Below the pieces are notes generated by a model. The model saw nothing but the letters and a program-made list of their open reading frames with translations. It was not told where the DNA came from and ran no database searches. 64,000 nt of DNA from Octopus vulgaris. Taxonomy: Eukaryota. Below are positions 45,672 to 58,485 of the stretch, one piece after another (positions within the stretch are counted from its first letter, which is position 1; each line of letters starts with the position of its first letter). The stretch covers positions 30,938,001-31,002,000 of the forward strand of contig OX597835.1 in the NCBI GenBank assembly GCA_951406725.2, read 5' to 3'. A program made the translations under genes and the position numbers.

Positions 45672-46534
45672 GTCTATCTGTCTATCTATCTATCTATGTT
45701 TGTATCTGTCTAACTATCTATCTACCTGCATGTCTCTCATTCCCTCTCTCTCTCTCTCTTGCTCTCTCTGTCTATGTCTCTCTATCTTCCCTACTCCTGG
45801 GTCTCTCCATCTCTCTATGTGTCTATCTATCCATCTCTTCATCTCTTAAATACTTACACCGTCTCTCCACTCTACTCTCATATCTCAACTTCTGACCAAA
45901 CTACAACACTTAAACACTACACACACACACACACACACACACACATACTCGCACTCACTTTATAAATGTGTGTGTGTGTGTGTATTATATATCATACATA
46001 TATAAAGATGGAAACAGAGAGACAGACAGACAAGATAGATAGATAGATAGATAGATATAGAGATAGATAGATAGATAGATGAAGAAAAATGTCTGCATGT
46101 GCGTATGTGAATGTGTTGTACATAAACCAGAAAGAGAACATTTACATTTGTGTGTGTGTTTGTGTGCGTGTGTTTGTGTGTGTGTGTGTATGTGTGTGTG
46201 TGTTTGTGCTAGTGAAGGACAGACAAGAAGAATACCCAAAAATGTACGAAAGGAAGACAAATTGAGTATGTAAAATAAAGTGAGAAAGAAAGACAGTAAG
46301 CAAGAAAGAGAGAGAAAGAGAAAGAGAAACTGAGAAATTCCTCTCTAACAAAGCGATTTGAAGGAGACTCAGCAGCTTATTCTAGCAGGTCGAGTTACGT
46401 AGTAAGCAATCATCACAGTATCCAAGAAAACCATTGAGCTTTCACGTAGTAAAAATGGTGCCTTCAAAAAATTTACACATTCGAATTTACACATCTCTGG
46501 AATATTCCATATTCTGATAGTTTCACAAAGAGAA

Positions 46535-46745
46535 AGCGAAGAGCTGTTCAAATCGTTAGCGCACCGGACACAACACGTAGCGTCATTTTGTCTTTACACG
46601 TTGAGTTCAAATTCCGCGGAGGTTGTCTTTGTCTTTCATCGTTTCGATATTAATAAGATTAGTACCAGATGAGCGTTGGGGTGAATTTAATCGACTCATT
46701 CACCTACCCCGGACTTGCTAGCGTTGTGTCAAAATTTGAAACCGA
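46535..46745 (+). mobile_element. Degenerate SINE family A
   Basis: gagttcaaattccgcggaggt..tctttcatcgtttcg..agtaccag. Confidence 0.7.
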
Positions 46746-47099
46746 TATTCTCAAAAACACAACTCCTTATGGGGATAATATTTTATAATAGCGTAGCAAG
46801 GTAAAAATTAGATAAAATTAATAGAGAAATAAATACTGTCACAGGTGAAGTTCTGTGGTTAAGAAGCATGCTTCCGAAACCATGTGATATTGGGTTCAAT
46901 CTCATTGTAAGGCATCGGGCCGGTCAAAGTGAAAATAGCTGACAAAAACTGAAAGAAACTCGTCGTACGAACGTATGTATGTATGTCATTATTCGGTTAT
47001 ATTTCAAGATTTCTTGCCATTAGAAGAGCTGGTTTATGTACGTACGTATGTATTTATGCATATATGTATATATATATATATATGCATGTATATATTCTT

Positions 47100-47597
47100 T
47101 TACATGTTTCATTCATTTGAATGCGGCTATGCTGGAGCACGGCCTTCAGTCCATTCGAACAAATCGACCCCAGGATTAATTCTTTGTAAACCTAGTACTT
47201 ATTCTATCGCTCTTCTTTGCCGAACCGCTAATGCTACGGGGAACTAAACACACCAACACCTGTTGTCAAGCGATGGTGGTGGGTGGAGAAACACAAACAC
47301 ACAAATATATATATACAGTGTGGTTCAAAAGTCACCATATATAGGAAAAATCTATTTTTTGATAAGAAACAGTTAAATACAAAAACTGTTTCTTATAAAA
47401 AAAAGTTTTTTTCTTATGTGTGGCCAATATTGAATCACCCTGTATATATATATATACGACGGGCTTCTTTCAGTTTCCGTCTACCAAATCCACTTACAAG
47501 GATTTGGTCGGCCCCAGGCTATAGTAGAAGACACCTGCCCCAAATGTCTCGCAGTGGGACTGAACTTGGAACCAAGTGTTTCTTAACACGCAGCCAA
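47100..47597 (-). mobile_element. SINE family B, near full length, with MITE inserted in its internal (TA)n
   Basis: Head 47455-47597, tail 47100-47290. Confidence 0.8.
47316..47442. mobile_element. Tc1/mariner-type palindromic MITE
   Basis: TA|CAGTGTGGTTCAA...TTGAATCACCCTG|TA; imperfect ~58-bp arms. Confidence 0.7.
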
Positions 47598-47669
47598 CTA
47601 CACACACACACACACGCTCACACACACACACAGACACACACACACATGTACATGTGTATGTATATTTTA

Positions 47670-47980
47670 CGTGATCATGTGGTCGACTAGGCTCTCGGAT
47701 GCTGTTATATATCGCTGATTACAATGCGCTTTACATGCTTCTCACATTTGATTGACGCCACCCTGCTGGATATGCAAGCAGACCAACATTGCCCCTGATC
47801 AAAGCCTAGTTCGGCGCAGGGATACCCATTTGCAGTTGAGTGGCATGGTGCAGTGGGAAATGAAACGTCTTGCCCAAGAACATAATGCGTAGCTGGTCTG
47901 GAAATCGAAACCACGAATGGTTTCGTCTGGAAATCGAAATCACGAATGCAGTTCACCTAACCACTAGTCCACGCGCTTTC
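47670..47980 (-). mobile_element. tRNA-derived SINE family C (degenerate)
   Basis: Minus-strand tRNA-like head (ctagtggttagg, ggtttcgatttcc) then cttgggcaagacgtttcatttc. Confidence 0.6.
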
Positions 47981-48024
47981 ACACACACACACAAACACAC
48001 ATATACACACACACATACACACAA

Positions 48025-48071
<47 letters not shown>

Positions 48072-48075
<4 letters not shown>

Positions 48076-50611
48076 ATATATTAATAAATAAAATAAAACA
48101 TATGCATATATATAAACATATATCTACGTACCTACCTCTACATGTACATATACACGCATATATGAGTACAGGACACCAAAAGGACGTCGAACACAATGAG
48201 AAACGAAAACATAGACACAAACCAAAGGAACTGGACATATATTTAAAAACAACAAAAAATAGAATACAGGACAATTAACACAAAGAAAAAAACCCTTCTT
48301 CAGTCGCTAAAGCTTTCATCTACTCTACGTTTCGAAGGATAAAAGAGAGACGTATCTTCGACAAGAAAACTTTCCTTCCTGCGAAAAGCAAATCAATTAA
48401 AATTCTGAGATATTTTCGCAGAGGGGTAAAAAATAGTAACAACAGGACAGTAACGACAGTGCAAATCGTAAACAGTATAGGATAGGACAAGGAAAACAAG
48501 ATAAGAAGGGCTGTTGACGCCGAACGAATTTTTTATGGACGACGAGCAGAGGAAAAAGAGTGACGTCCATTACTTGAAAGAGCCAGGCGAGAGAGACAGC
48601 ATCGGAAGTGACGTCGCGGGTGAACGACAGGAAGGGGGAGGAGGAGCAAGAGAAAGGGAGAGAAGAAGGGGAATGGCTGCGAGGAAACCATGAAGAATGG
48701 GGAGGGGGAGAGAGAGAGAGTGAAGAATGAGAGAGAGGAAGAGACAAGTTAAGTAGAGGAAAAGGAAAACAAAGAATGAAGGCTGAGAAAGGGATGGAAC
48801 AGAAAGGTTGAGAGTGCGCGTGAGAGTTAATATCAAGAACAAAAACTTGATATAAAGAACAATCTTAATTAAGGGGGTGCGTGCGTTTCATCATATAATA
48901 TATTAATAAATAAAATAAAACATATGCATACATATGGAGGTAGCAGAGCGGAGGCCAAGAACTACAGACCTATCTCTCTGACCTCACACATCAGCAAGGT
49001 CATGGAACGAATAGTCAGAAGGAAACTAATCACCTTCCTTGAAGAAAATGACTTGCTGCCTGACACCCAACATGGTTTCCGACCAGGAAGAAGCTGCTTA
49101 ACTTAGCTCCTGCAGCACTATGACTGGGTGCTGAAACAACTGCTCAACCACTCAAATGTGGAAGTCATATATCTCGACTTCGCAAAGGCCTTCGATAAAG
49201 TCGATCATGGAATGATATGTCACAAACTGCGTGATCTTGGCATAGTTGGAAAACTAGGAGAATGGCTTCATGACTTTCTGAAGAATAGAAGTCAGGTGGT
49301 AGCAGCCAATGGGGCCACTTCCATTAGCACGCAAATAGTGAGCGGTGTTCCACAGGGCACTGTTTTGGGACCACTACTGTTCATAATGGCCCTCTCAGAC
49401 ATGTCCTCAGCCACGCGGAGAGCCACGATCACAAGTTATGCAGATGATACAAAAGTTTCACAGGCAATACAGAACCCTGAAGACACTAAGCACCTGTAAT
49501 GTGAGCTGGACGAAATATACAAGTGGGCTGAAAAGAATAGCATGCAGTTCAATGCTGAAAAGTTTCAAGCTTTATACTATCAGCATGCAAAACTGAATGC
49601 AATACCCAATGAATACACTGGACCCGGAGGGATTGCAATCCCAGAGGCACAATCAGTGCGTGACCTGGGTATTCACATGAGTGATGACGCGACCTTTCAT
49701 GTACATGTTGCTAAACTGACAATGAAATGCAGACGGCTGGCTGGATGGATTCTTAGAACCTTTAGAACAAGAGAACAAGAAACCATGATGGTCCTCTGGA
49801 AGACACTTGTCCTAAGCCACTTTGACTATTGCTCTCAGCTATGGTCACCATCCAGTGTCAAGTTGATCACAGAACTTGAGGCGATCCAACGAAGCTACAC
49901 GAAGAAGATAGCCTCTGTGCAGCATACGAGCTACTGGGAGAGACTCAAGAGATTAAAGCTCTATTCCCTGGAGCGTAGGCGAGAAAGATATGCCATAATA
50001 TATATCTGGAAGATCCTGGAAGGTCTTGTCCCAGACTTTGGCATCGAGAGTCACACAAACGCCAGAACCGGACGCCACTGCGTAGTACCAAGGACTCCAA
50101 ATTTGCCATCAAGATGTAGGACAAGATATTGTGATAGCCTGGGCTTCAGAGGCCCACGGCTCTTCAATGTCCTCCCGAAGAACCTGAGGGACCTGCATGG
50201 TGTAGATGCGGATGTCTTTAAAGTAGGACTGGATCTCTTCCTGTCAGGTGTCCCGGATGAACCAACTTCACAGCAGGAGGTGCAGATGAGGACAGCTGCA
50301 TCGAACTCTCTCATGCATCAGATGGCGTTTGCTAAAAAGCATCCGTGAGGTAAACCCGTGTAGCAAACCAAATGGCGGTGCCCCAGCATGGCCACAGCTC
50401 ATTAGCTGAAACTGGAAAAATCAAAATCAAATCATATAAACATATATGTACGTACCTACCTCTACATGTACATATACACGCATATATGAGTACAGGACAC
50501 CAAAAGGACGTCGAACACAATGAGAAACGAAAACATAGACACAAACCAAAGGAACTGGACATATATTTAAAAACAACAAAAAATAGAATACAGGACAATT
50601 AACACAAAGAA
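48072..50611. mobile_element. Element with ~215-bp direct terminal repeats (possibly Penelope-like), second repeat split by a LINE
   Basis: 48072-48288 is nearly identical to 48894-48935 joined to 50433-50611. Confidence 0.75.
48936..50432 (+). mobile_element. 5'-truncated CR1-clade LINE, reverse transcriptase pseudogene
   Basis: NYRPISLTS, QHGFRPGRSC, YLDFAKAFDKVDH, SGVPQGTVLGPLLF, YADDTK, DYCSQLWSP, LYSLERRRER. One frame with only two stops (49104, 49497). (aaatc)n tail; candidate TSD catat. Confidence 0.95.
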
Positions 50612-50613
50612 AT

Positions 50614-50676
<63 letters not shown>

Positions 50677-51087
50677 TACGGCGGGAGATGGGATTGGTGA
50701 TTGTTACACAAACGATGATGATATTTCTGATGAGTTGCGTGGTGGTGAATGCGTGGGTCACTATTAGTGGCAAAAGAAAAGGTGATAGTGGTGGTAGTGG
50801 TGGTAGTTATTGTGTTTGGTGGTAGTGTTGTTTGTAGTGATGGTCGTCATAGCCGTGGTCGGAATCGTTTTGATGGAAGTGGCAGCACCCGAACCAATTA
50901 TTATATTTTGCCGATTAAGGAAAGTTCGTTCAGTCAAACAGCAACAATACACACCTACTAAACCGCCACCAAACCGCCTCCTCGCTCACTCTATAACTTC
51001 AAGAGGAATATAACGCGGATACGAACTCGCTACTTTGATTTTATGCGCATACGATTTTGTGCATGTTGGAAACGTGTTGTGGAGTGC

Positions 51088-51118
<31 letters not shown>

Positions 51119-51125
<7 letters not shown>

Positions 51126-51275
51126 GTTATGTACTGTCAATTTAACGTGACAGTAGGGTATTACACCACCGCTGTTTAGTCCTAGGAAGCATCGAACGCT
51201 TCCGAAGCCGACAGGAAGCGTTCGATGCTTCCTAGCGCTAAACAGCGTTAAATTGACAGTATACAACTATTATAT
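51119..51275. repeat. Nested palindromic element (MITE-like)
   Basis: Outer ~28-bp and inner ~33-bp inverted arms; 10-nt centre. Confidence 0.75.
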
Positions 51276-51324
51276 CGCCCCACCACCGTACATATCTCTA
51301 TGAGATATTTAGAAATTTAAAATT

Positions 51325-51472
<148 letters not shown>

Positions 51473-51985
51473 ATATATATGTATATATATATATATATTA
51501 ATAGAGAGAGAGAGAGATAAAGAAAGAGGGAGAGAGACTACTGACAGTTATTTTCTATATGGAGTACACTTCGTAGTGCTCGAGAGATTGGAACTTCTGC
51601 AGGCAGTGGAGCAAATGTAAGGACGAGCAAGTTAGGCAACTCGATATACTAAAAATATTAAATACATTTAATACAAAAAATCTACATATGTATGCATATG
51701 AAAAAAAGTCCGGCTTACAAGTGTTTCATGAGTCCAACAGCTGTTTCTCTAGACTTGGTGATCCCAAATAGCGATTATAAAATGATTCCATCATCGGATA
51801 CCACCAGTATCCGTCCTCAGGGAAGAATTTTACATATGAGGGGTTGAATGATATGAGGGGTTGAATGAAGTTTTTTTTGTTCCTCGATTTACCTAACTTG
51901 CAAGTTCTTACCTTTGCTCCTCTCTCTCTCTCTTTCCCTCTCTCACTCCCTCTCTCTCTATGTATATATATATATATATATATAT

Positions 51986-52149
51986 AAAGTTAATCCAAAC
52001 AAGGCAACACAAAAAAACACAACAACGCGAGGACGTGGAACAAATATAGTATTACTGGACGCTCAGGAAAGAAGAGAAGAAGAAGGGGTTAACGTTTCGA
52101 GCGGAGCTCTTCGTCGGAAACATAGGAGAAGGAAAGATTGGAAGTAGAA

Positions 52150-52150
<1 letters not shown>
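51986..52150 (-). mobile_element. Penelope-like terminal fragment with hammerhead variant
   Basis: Minus strand CCGACGA-a-gagc tcc gctc-GAAA-cgtt; in (TA)n. Confidence 0.55.
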
Positions 52151-52185
<35 letters not shown>

Positions 52186-52224
52186 ATATATATATATGTA
52201 TATATGTATATATGCATATATGCA

Positions 52225-52269
<45 letters not shown>

Positions 52270-52286
52270 ATATATATATACATTCA

Positions 52287-52321
<35 letters not shown>

Positions 52322-52591
52322 GCATGCATACATATATGTCTGTATTATATGTATCTATGAATGTGTATATATGTATATATATGCATATATATATATATAT
52401 ATACCGATGCCTTGTACTTATTCTACTCTATGGATTGTCATGCACACGTGGGTGACAAACACAGACACAAAGCACACTCATATACAACAACAACAACAAC
52501 AACAACAATAATAATAATAATAATAATGATAATAACAACAGCAACATAAAAATACCTTAGGAATGCGAACCCAAGTTCGAAATTTCCCCAA

Positions 52592-52637
52592 GACACCTGA
52601 TGAAGGCTGGTGGGTATATCAGCCGAAACGTTGTGTT
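52592..52637 (+). ncRNA. Minimal type I hammerhead ribozyme motif (within repeat 52550-52695)
   Basis: gacac-CTGATGA-a-ggctg..cagcc-GAAA-cg-TT-gtgtt; stems I and II pair; stem III is palindromic AACGTT. Confidence 0.7.
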
Positions 52638-52853
52638 AACAACAAAATAGATGAGGAAAAATATCCGTCAAATGTAAATTATGTAAATAATGTAAATAGT
52701 GCTTATTGTTGTTAATTAAATTCTGTACTGAATAGTATTACAAGGTATTAACTGCAAATCAGATATAGGAGAAATATGGATAAACACATTTTTATACTAT
52801 CATTCCTACGCCCGTTTCACTATTATAGTTATTTTGTTCCGGTTGCACAGAAC

Positions 52854-53152
<299 letters not shown>

Positions 53153-53249
53153 CATGTATATATACATAAAAAGATATCCAGTCGCTGATTTTGAAATTCC
53201 AATGAAGGAGCCGAGGATCTAGGTTAGAAACGAGCTATTTCTCTATCAG

Positions 53250-53330
53250 CGACGGCAAAACGGCGTCGACAAAACGGCGTCGACAAAACGGCGTCGACAA
53301 ACCGGCGGTGCCAGAACGTCTCAGACCCGG
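53250..53330. repeat. 14-bp CpG-rich tandem repeat (cggcgtcgacaaaa) x~3.5
   Basis: Directly visible. Confidence 0.85.
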
Positions 53331-53933
53331 TGGGAAAACGACCACAACTTATACCTGGGTGCTATCTCATGCATTACATTATTTTTGGAAGGCTGCACCA
53401 ATATCATGCACAACAACACTGCAGCACAAGCTATCACATGACCGATGTGAAGCCATGTCAATGATCTCTCCGTAATAAAACATTCCGACTCAGTTCATTT
53501 CATTCAATTTCATCGTTGCCTGAAGATGAGCAGATGGAGCGAATCTGTGAGTGAGAGTGAACATCGATGATGATGCTGACGGCGACGACGACGACGGCGA
53601 TGATGATGTGATAATGATGATAAGGACGACGACGACGATGACGATGATGATGATGATGATGGCGAGGAAGACGATGATAATGATGATGATGATGATGAGA
53701 ACGACGACGTCGACGACGATGACGACGATGATGATGATGACAACGACAATAACGACGACGAAGATGATGATGATGACGACGATGATGATGATGATGACGA
53801 CGTTGACGACGATGATGATGATGTTGATGATAATGATGATGACGACGACTATTATAAAAAAAACAAGTATTGACAACCAAACCAACAGTAGCAACAGCAG
53901 AAGGTGTAGCAGCGGCAGCAGCAGCAGTAGTAC

Positions 53934-53988
<55 letters not shown>

Positions 53989-54240
53989 TGTCGTACTAGC
54001 AGCAGTAGTAATAGTAGTTGCAGTGATAGTATTAATAGTAGTGATGTTTGTGGTAGTAACTAGTAGCACTGTTGGTGGTATGGGTGGTGGGGATACCAGT
54101 GGTTATTTTAAGAAAAGGACATTTCGATGAGAAAGCAGAAAAAAAACCAAAGTAGTAGAAAAAAGACACTGAATAATAACAGCATTAAGAAGTTCATTAA
54201 AAATACGAAACACACACATTCGCAGACATACAGAGACACG

Positions 54241-54289
<49 letters not shown>

Positions 54290-54333
54290 CCTATACATAT
54301 CCCTATATATACATGTACATATATATTATATAC

Positions 54334-54364
<31 letters not shown>

Positions 54365-54379
54365 AATGTTTATACAAAC

Positions 54380-54411
<32 letters not shown>

Positions 54412-54488
54412 GTCTATATATACATATATATATAAATACATACATATATACATACATACATAAAATATATATATATATGTATATATAG

Positions 54489-54567
<79 letters not shown>

Positions 54568-55085
54568 TATGCATATATATATGTATATATATATATATAT
54601 ATATGCATATATAATCACAGATACAACCAAGGTGACCGCACCTTTATATATGCGCAAACACAGACAGCCAGACAGACATGAGAGCAAGAAACAGACATTC
54701 ATTAACTAACGCACACTTCACTGACACATTCGGGAGGAGTCAGACTTGTTTCGTTAGAATGGTTGATCGGTTGAAAGAATTGAAACTTTCCCATGGGAAC
54801 GACATCCATTAATTGTGGACCATCTTGGAGAAGCAGTTTTGTGCTCTATCGATGCCTCTATCCCCGCCTAAATTGCACCAGCCAATCAACCAGGCCTTCC
54901 CACTACCCAGGACTCTCACAAACATTTCACGCAACACTTTGAAACTATCAGAAGAGTTTTACACTCGTTATTTTTATACAATTATCTGCACATACAATTA
55001 TAATCACACGATCAAACAAAAACATACGCATAGAATACGCATATACCTCTGCTGATGCTCCTGTTTCTGTCTAAATAAAGAATCA

Positions 55086-55127
<42 letters not shown>

Positions 55128-55210
55128 GGTCCCGGGTTGATTCGGGGTTAACCACAGTAAGTAAGGTACTCAATACATAGCAGAGTAAAATTAATTTATT
55201 ATATAGAAGG

Positions 55211-55261
55211 AGCTTCTACAGGACTAGTACTGTTTCATTCAAGAGAAATCTTCAGGAAGCT
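55211..55261 (-). ncRNA. Type I hammerhead ribozyme motif (mirror copy)
   Basis: Exact reverse complement of 55774-55824. Confidence 0.7.
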
Positions 55262-55773
55262 ATTTAACAAGAATTGTATTAGCATTTATACATTTAGGCA
55301 GGTTTAAAGGAGTGGTGGTGGGGGACTTTTTGGGGGTAGGCATAGCGCAAAATATCATACTTGGGGAGTGGTCAAGGAGTCATTGGTAAGTTAGATGAAA
55401 GAATAGATAAATAAATAAATAAAAAAATAAAAAATAAAAAAATAAAAAAATAAAATAAAAAAAATAAAAAAAAATATATAAAAAATATATATAAAAAATA
55501 TATATATAAAATATATATATAAAAAAATATATATATATATTTTTTATATATATTTTTTATATTTTTTTTATTTTTTTTATTTTATTTTTTTATTTTTTTA
55601 TTTTTTTTTTTTTATTTATTTATTTATCTATTCTTTCATCTAACTTACCAATGACTCCTTGACCACTCCCCCAAGTATGATATTTTGCGCTATGCCTACC
55701 CCCAAAAAGTCCCCCACCACCACTCCTTTAAACCTGCCTAAATGTATAAATGCTAATACAATTCTTGTTAAAT

Positions 55774-55824
55774 AGCTTCCTGAAGATTTCTCTTGAATGA
55801 AACAGTACTAGTCCTGTAGAAGCT
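55774..55824 (+). ncRNA. Type I hammerhead ribozyme motif
   Basis: agcttc-CTGAAGA-tttc tctt gaat-GAAA-cag tactagtc ctg-TA-gaagct; 6-bp stem I, closed stem III, GUA cleavage triplet, weak stem II. Confidence 0.72.
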
Positions 55825-55836
55825 CCTTCTATATAA

Positions 55837-55892
<56 letters not shown>

Positions 55893-56019
55893 CATGTATA
55901 TATATATATATATGCATGTATATATGTATATAGATATATATGTATGTATGTGTGTGTCGATATATAAAAATATATGTATGCATGTATTTATACATACATA
56001 TATATATATAAATACATAC

Positions 56020-56056
<37 letters not shown>

Positions 56057-56131
56057 TATATCTCTTACTCTTTCCGTCTCTCTCTCTCCTTTTGTCTCTC
56101 TCTCTCTCTCTCTCTGTATATATATATATAT

Positions 56132-56203
<72 letters not shown>

Positions 56204-56281
56204 GCAGATAGATGCATAGATATATAGATAGATAAATAGGTAGATAGGGAGGTAGATAGGTAAGTAGATAGATATATATAT

Positions 56282-56331
<50 letters not shown>

Positions 56332-57432
56332 TATATATGGATAGATAGATATGCAGGTAGGTATGTAGGTATGTAGGTAGATAGATAGATAGAAAGATAG
56401 ATAGATAGACAGACATACATGTATACAGATATATATATATATAAATATATATATACACATATACAGAAAATGAAACTCATGCAGGTAGATCTTACAAGCA
56501 CATATGTGATTATGTGTAGATATATGTGTGTATAAATACAAACATGCATACATACGTTACAATGTGCGTGTGTGCGTTATGCATATTTATGCTTATACGA
56601 ATTCGGGCGTATATTTACTAAAACTTGAAATCATAGACATACAGAGTCGAAGGGAAGGAAAACGCTGACGCACACAATTTTGTGACACGTTCGAAACATG
56701 ACTGGTGTCATCATCATCGACGTCATCATCATCATTATCGTCGTCGTCGTCTTCATCGTCGTCATCATCATCGTCGTCGTCTTCATCAACGTTATCATCA
56801 CCATCATCACCTCCACCACCACCAACAATAACTACCACCACCTTCTTCAACGTCGCCATCATTCTCATTATTATCGTTGTTGTTGTCCTCCATATCCTCA
56901 CCACCAAAACCACCAACACCACCAACGCCACCACCTTCATCATCATCATCATCATCATCACCATCACCACCACCACCATCATCATCATTATCATTATCAT
57001 CATCATCATCATCATCATCATCACCACCACCACAACCATCATCATCATTATCTTCATGATCATCATCATGATGATGATGATCATCATCATCATCAACGTA
57101 GTCATCAAAAATATTAGTACCAGGAACCGATCGAGAGAAAATGGATGTCGATTAACATCACCATAAAAAAAATAAGAAGCAACAATAACTACCGTACCGG
57201 TGTCTTGATGATGATGATGATGAAGAAGAAGAAGATGAAGAACAAGAACAAGAACAAGAAGATGAAGAAGAAGAAGAACGACAACAACAACAGCAACAAC
57301 AACAATAACAACAAGTGCCTCAACAGCATGAGCTGTCTCAAAGACAAAGAAAATAACAAGAAACAATTAACATGATATGAATGACAACTTCTTTAACTGT
57401 CTTCGCCACCAAACTGCACCCACGCCCTTAGA

Positions 57433-57492
<60 letters not shown>

Positions 57493-57538
57493 TACATATA
57501 TATATACATACATATATATACATATATATATATATATT

Positions 57539-57569
<31 letters not shown>

Positions 57570-57705
57570 TTGTGTACGTGTATATATGCATATATATATA
57601 TATAGTGTGTATGTGCATTTATATACACAGGCACTATATACGTATACGTGTGTATGCATCTGTAGATACACACACGCTTATGTATGCAGATATGTATATA
57701 TATAC

Positions 57706-57742
<37 letters not shown>

Positions 57743-58068
57743 TGTTATACATTCACATATACGTACAAATATTCACACACATACACACACGTATATATTC
57801 GTGTAGTTACATAGATAAATACATGCATACTTACATATATACATACACAAACATATAAATACAAGTACGCATGCGCACAGTTGCAAATAAGGGACGTATA
57901 GGGGAGAATAACGCCAACTAAAAGCAATAATAAGGATAACAAAAGCAACAAAAACAACATCGGCAAAATTAATAACAATAATAACAATTATAATAGTAAC
58001 GTGAAGAAATCGTCACCGCCACCACCAACACCTACATGAATAAGTGCTATTAAAATAATAACAATAGA

Positions 58069-58163
<95 letters not shown>

Positions 58164-58300
58164 GAAGAAGAAGAAGAAGAAGAAGAAGAATGATAATAAT
58201 AATAATAGTAATAATCATTGTCGTGGCGGAAAAGAAAAAAGAATTATGACGAAAAAATATCACAAGAGGTAATAATAATAATAAAAATAACAACAACAAC

Positions 58301-58426
<126 letters not shown>

Positions 58427-58430
58427 AATG

Positions 58431-58485
<55 letters not shown>

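Larger units (their letters stand above)
55127..55855. mobile_element. Long fold-back element with two divergent hammerhead motifs (Penelope-like inverted terminal repeats)
   Basis: 55195-55840 is a near-perfect palindrome; in (TA)n; A-run at the right end. Confidence 0.85.

Noticed and set aside
48292-48340. Permuted hammerhead on the minus strand (GAAAcgta...CTGAAGA)
   Set aside because: Stems I and II could not be paired convincingly
50051-50314. Antisense ORF in the LINE
   Set aside because: Shadow of the RT frame
53250-53330. CRISPR-like short repeats
   Set aside because: No spacers, only a 14-bp unit, eukaryotic context
54760-54975. Possible Tc1 transposase C-terminus (LWTILEKQ...FYTRY)
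   Set aside because: Too degenerate; no SPDLNPIE motif or TIR seen
56593-57375. His/Asp/Met-rich ORFs
   Set aside because: CAT/CAC/GAA trinucleotide repeats open in several frames on both strands
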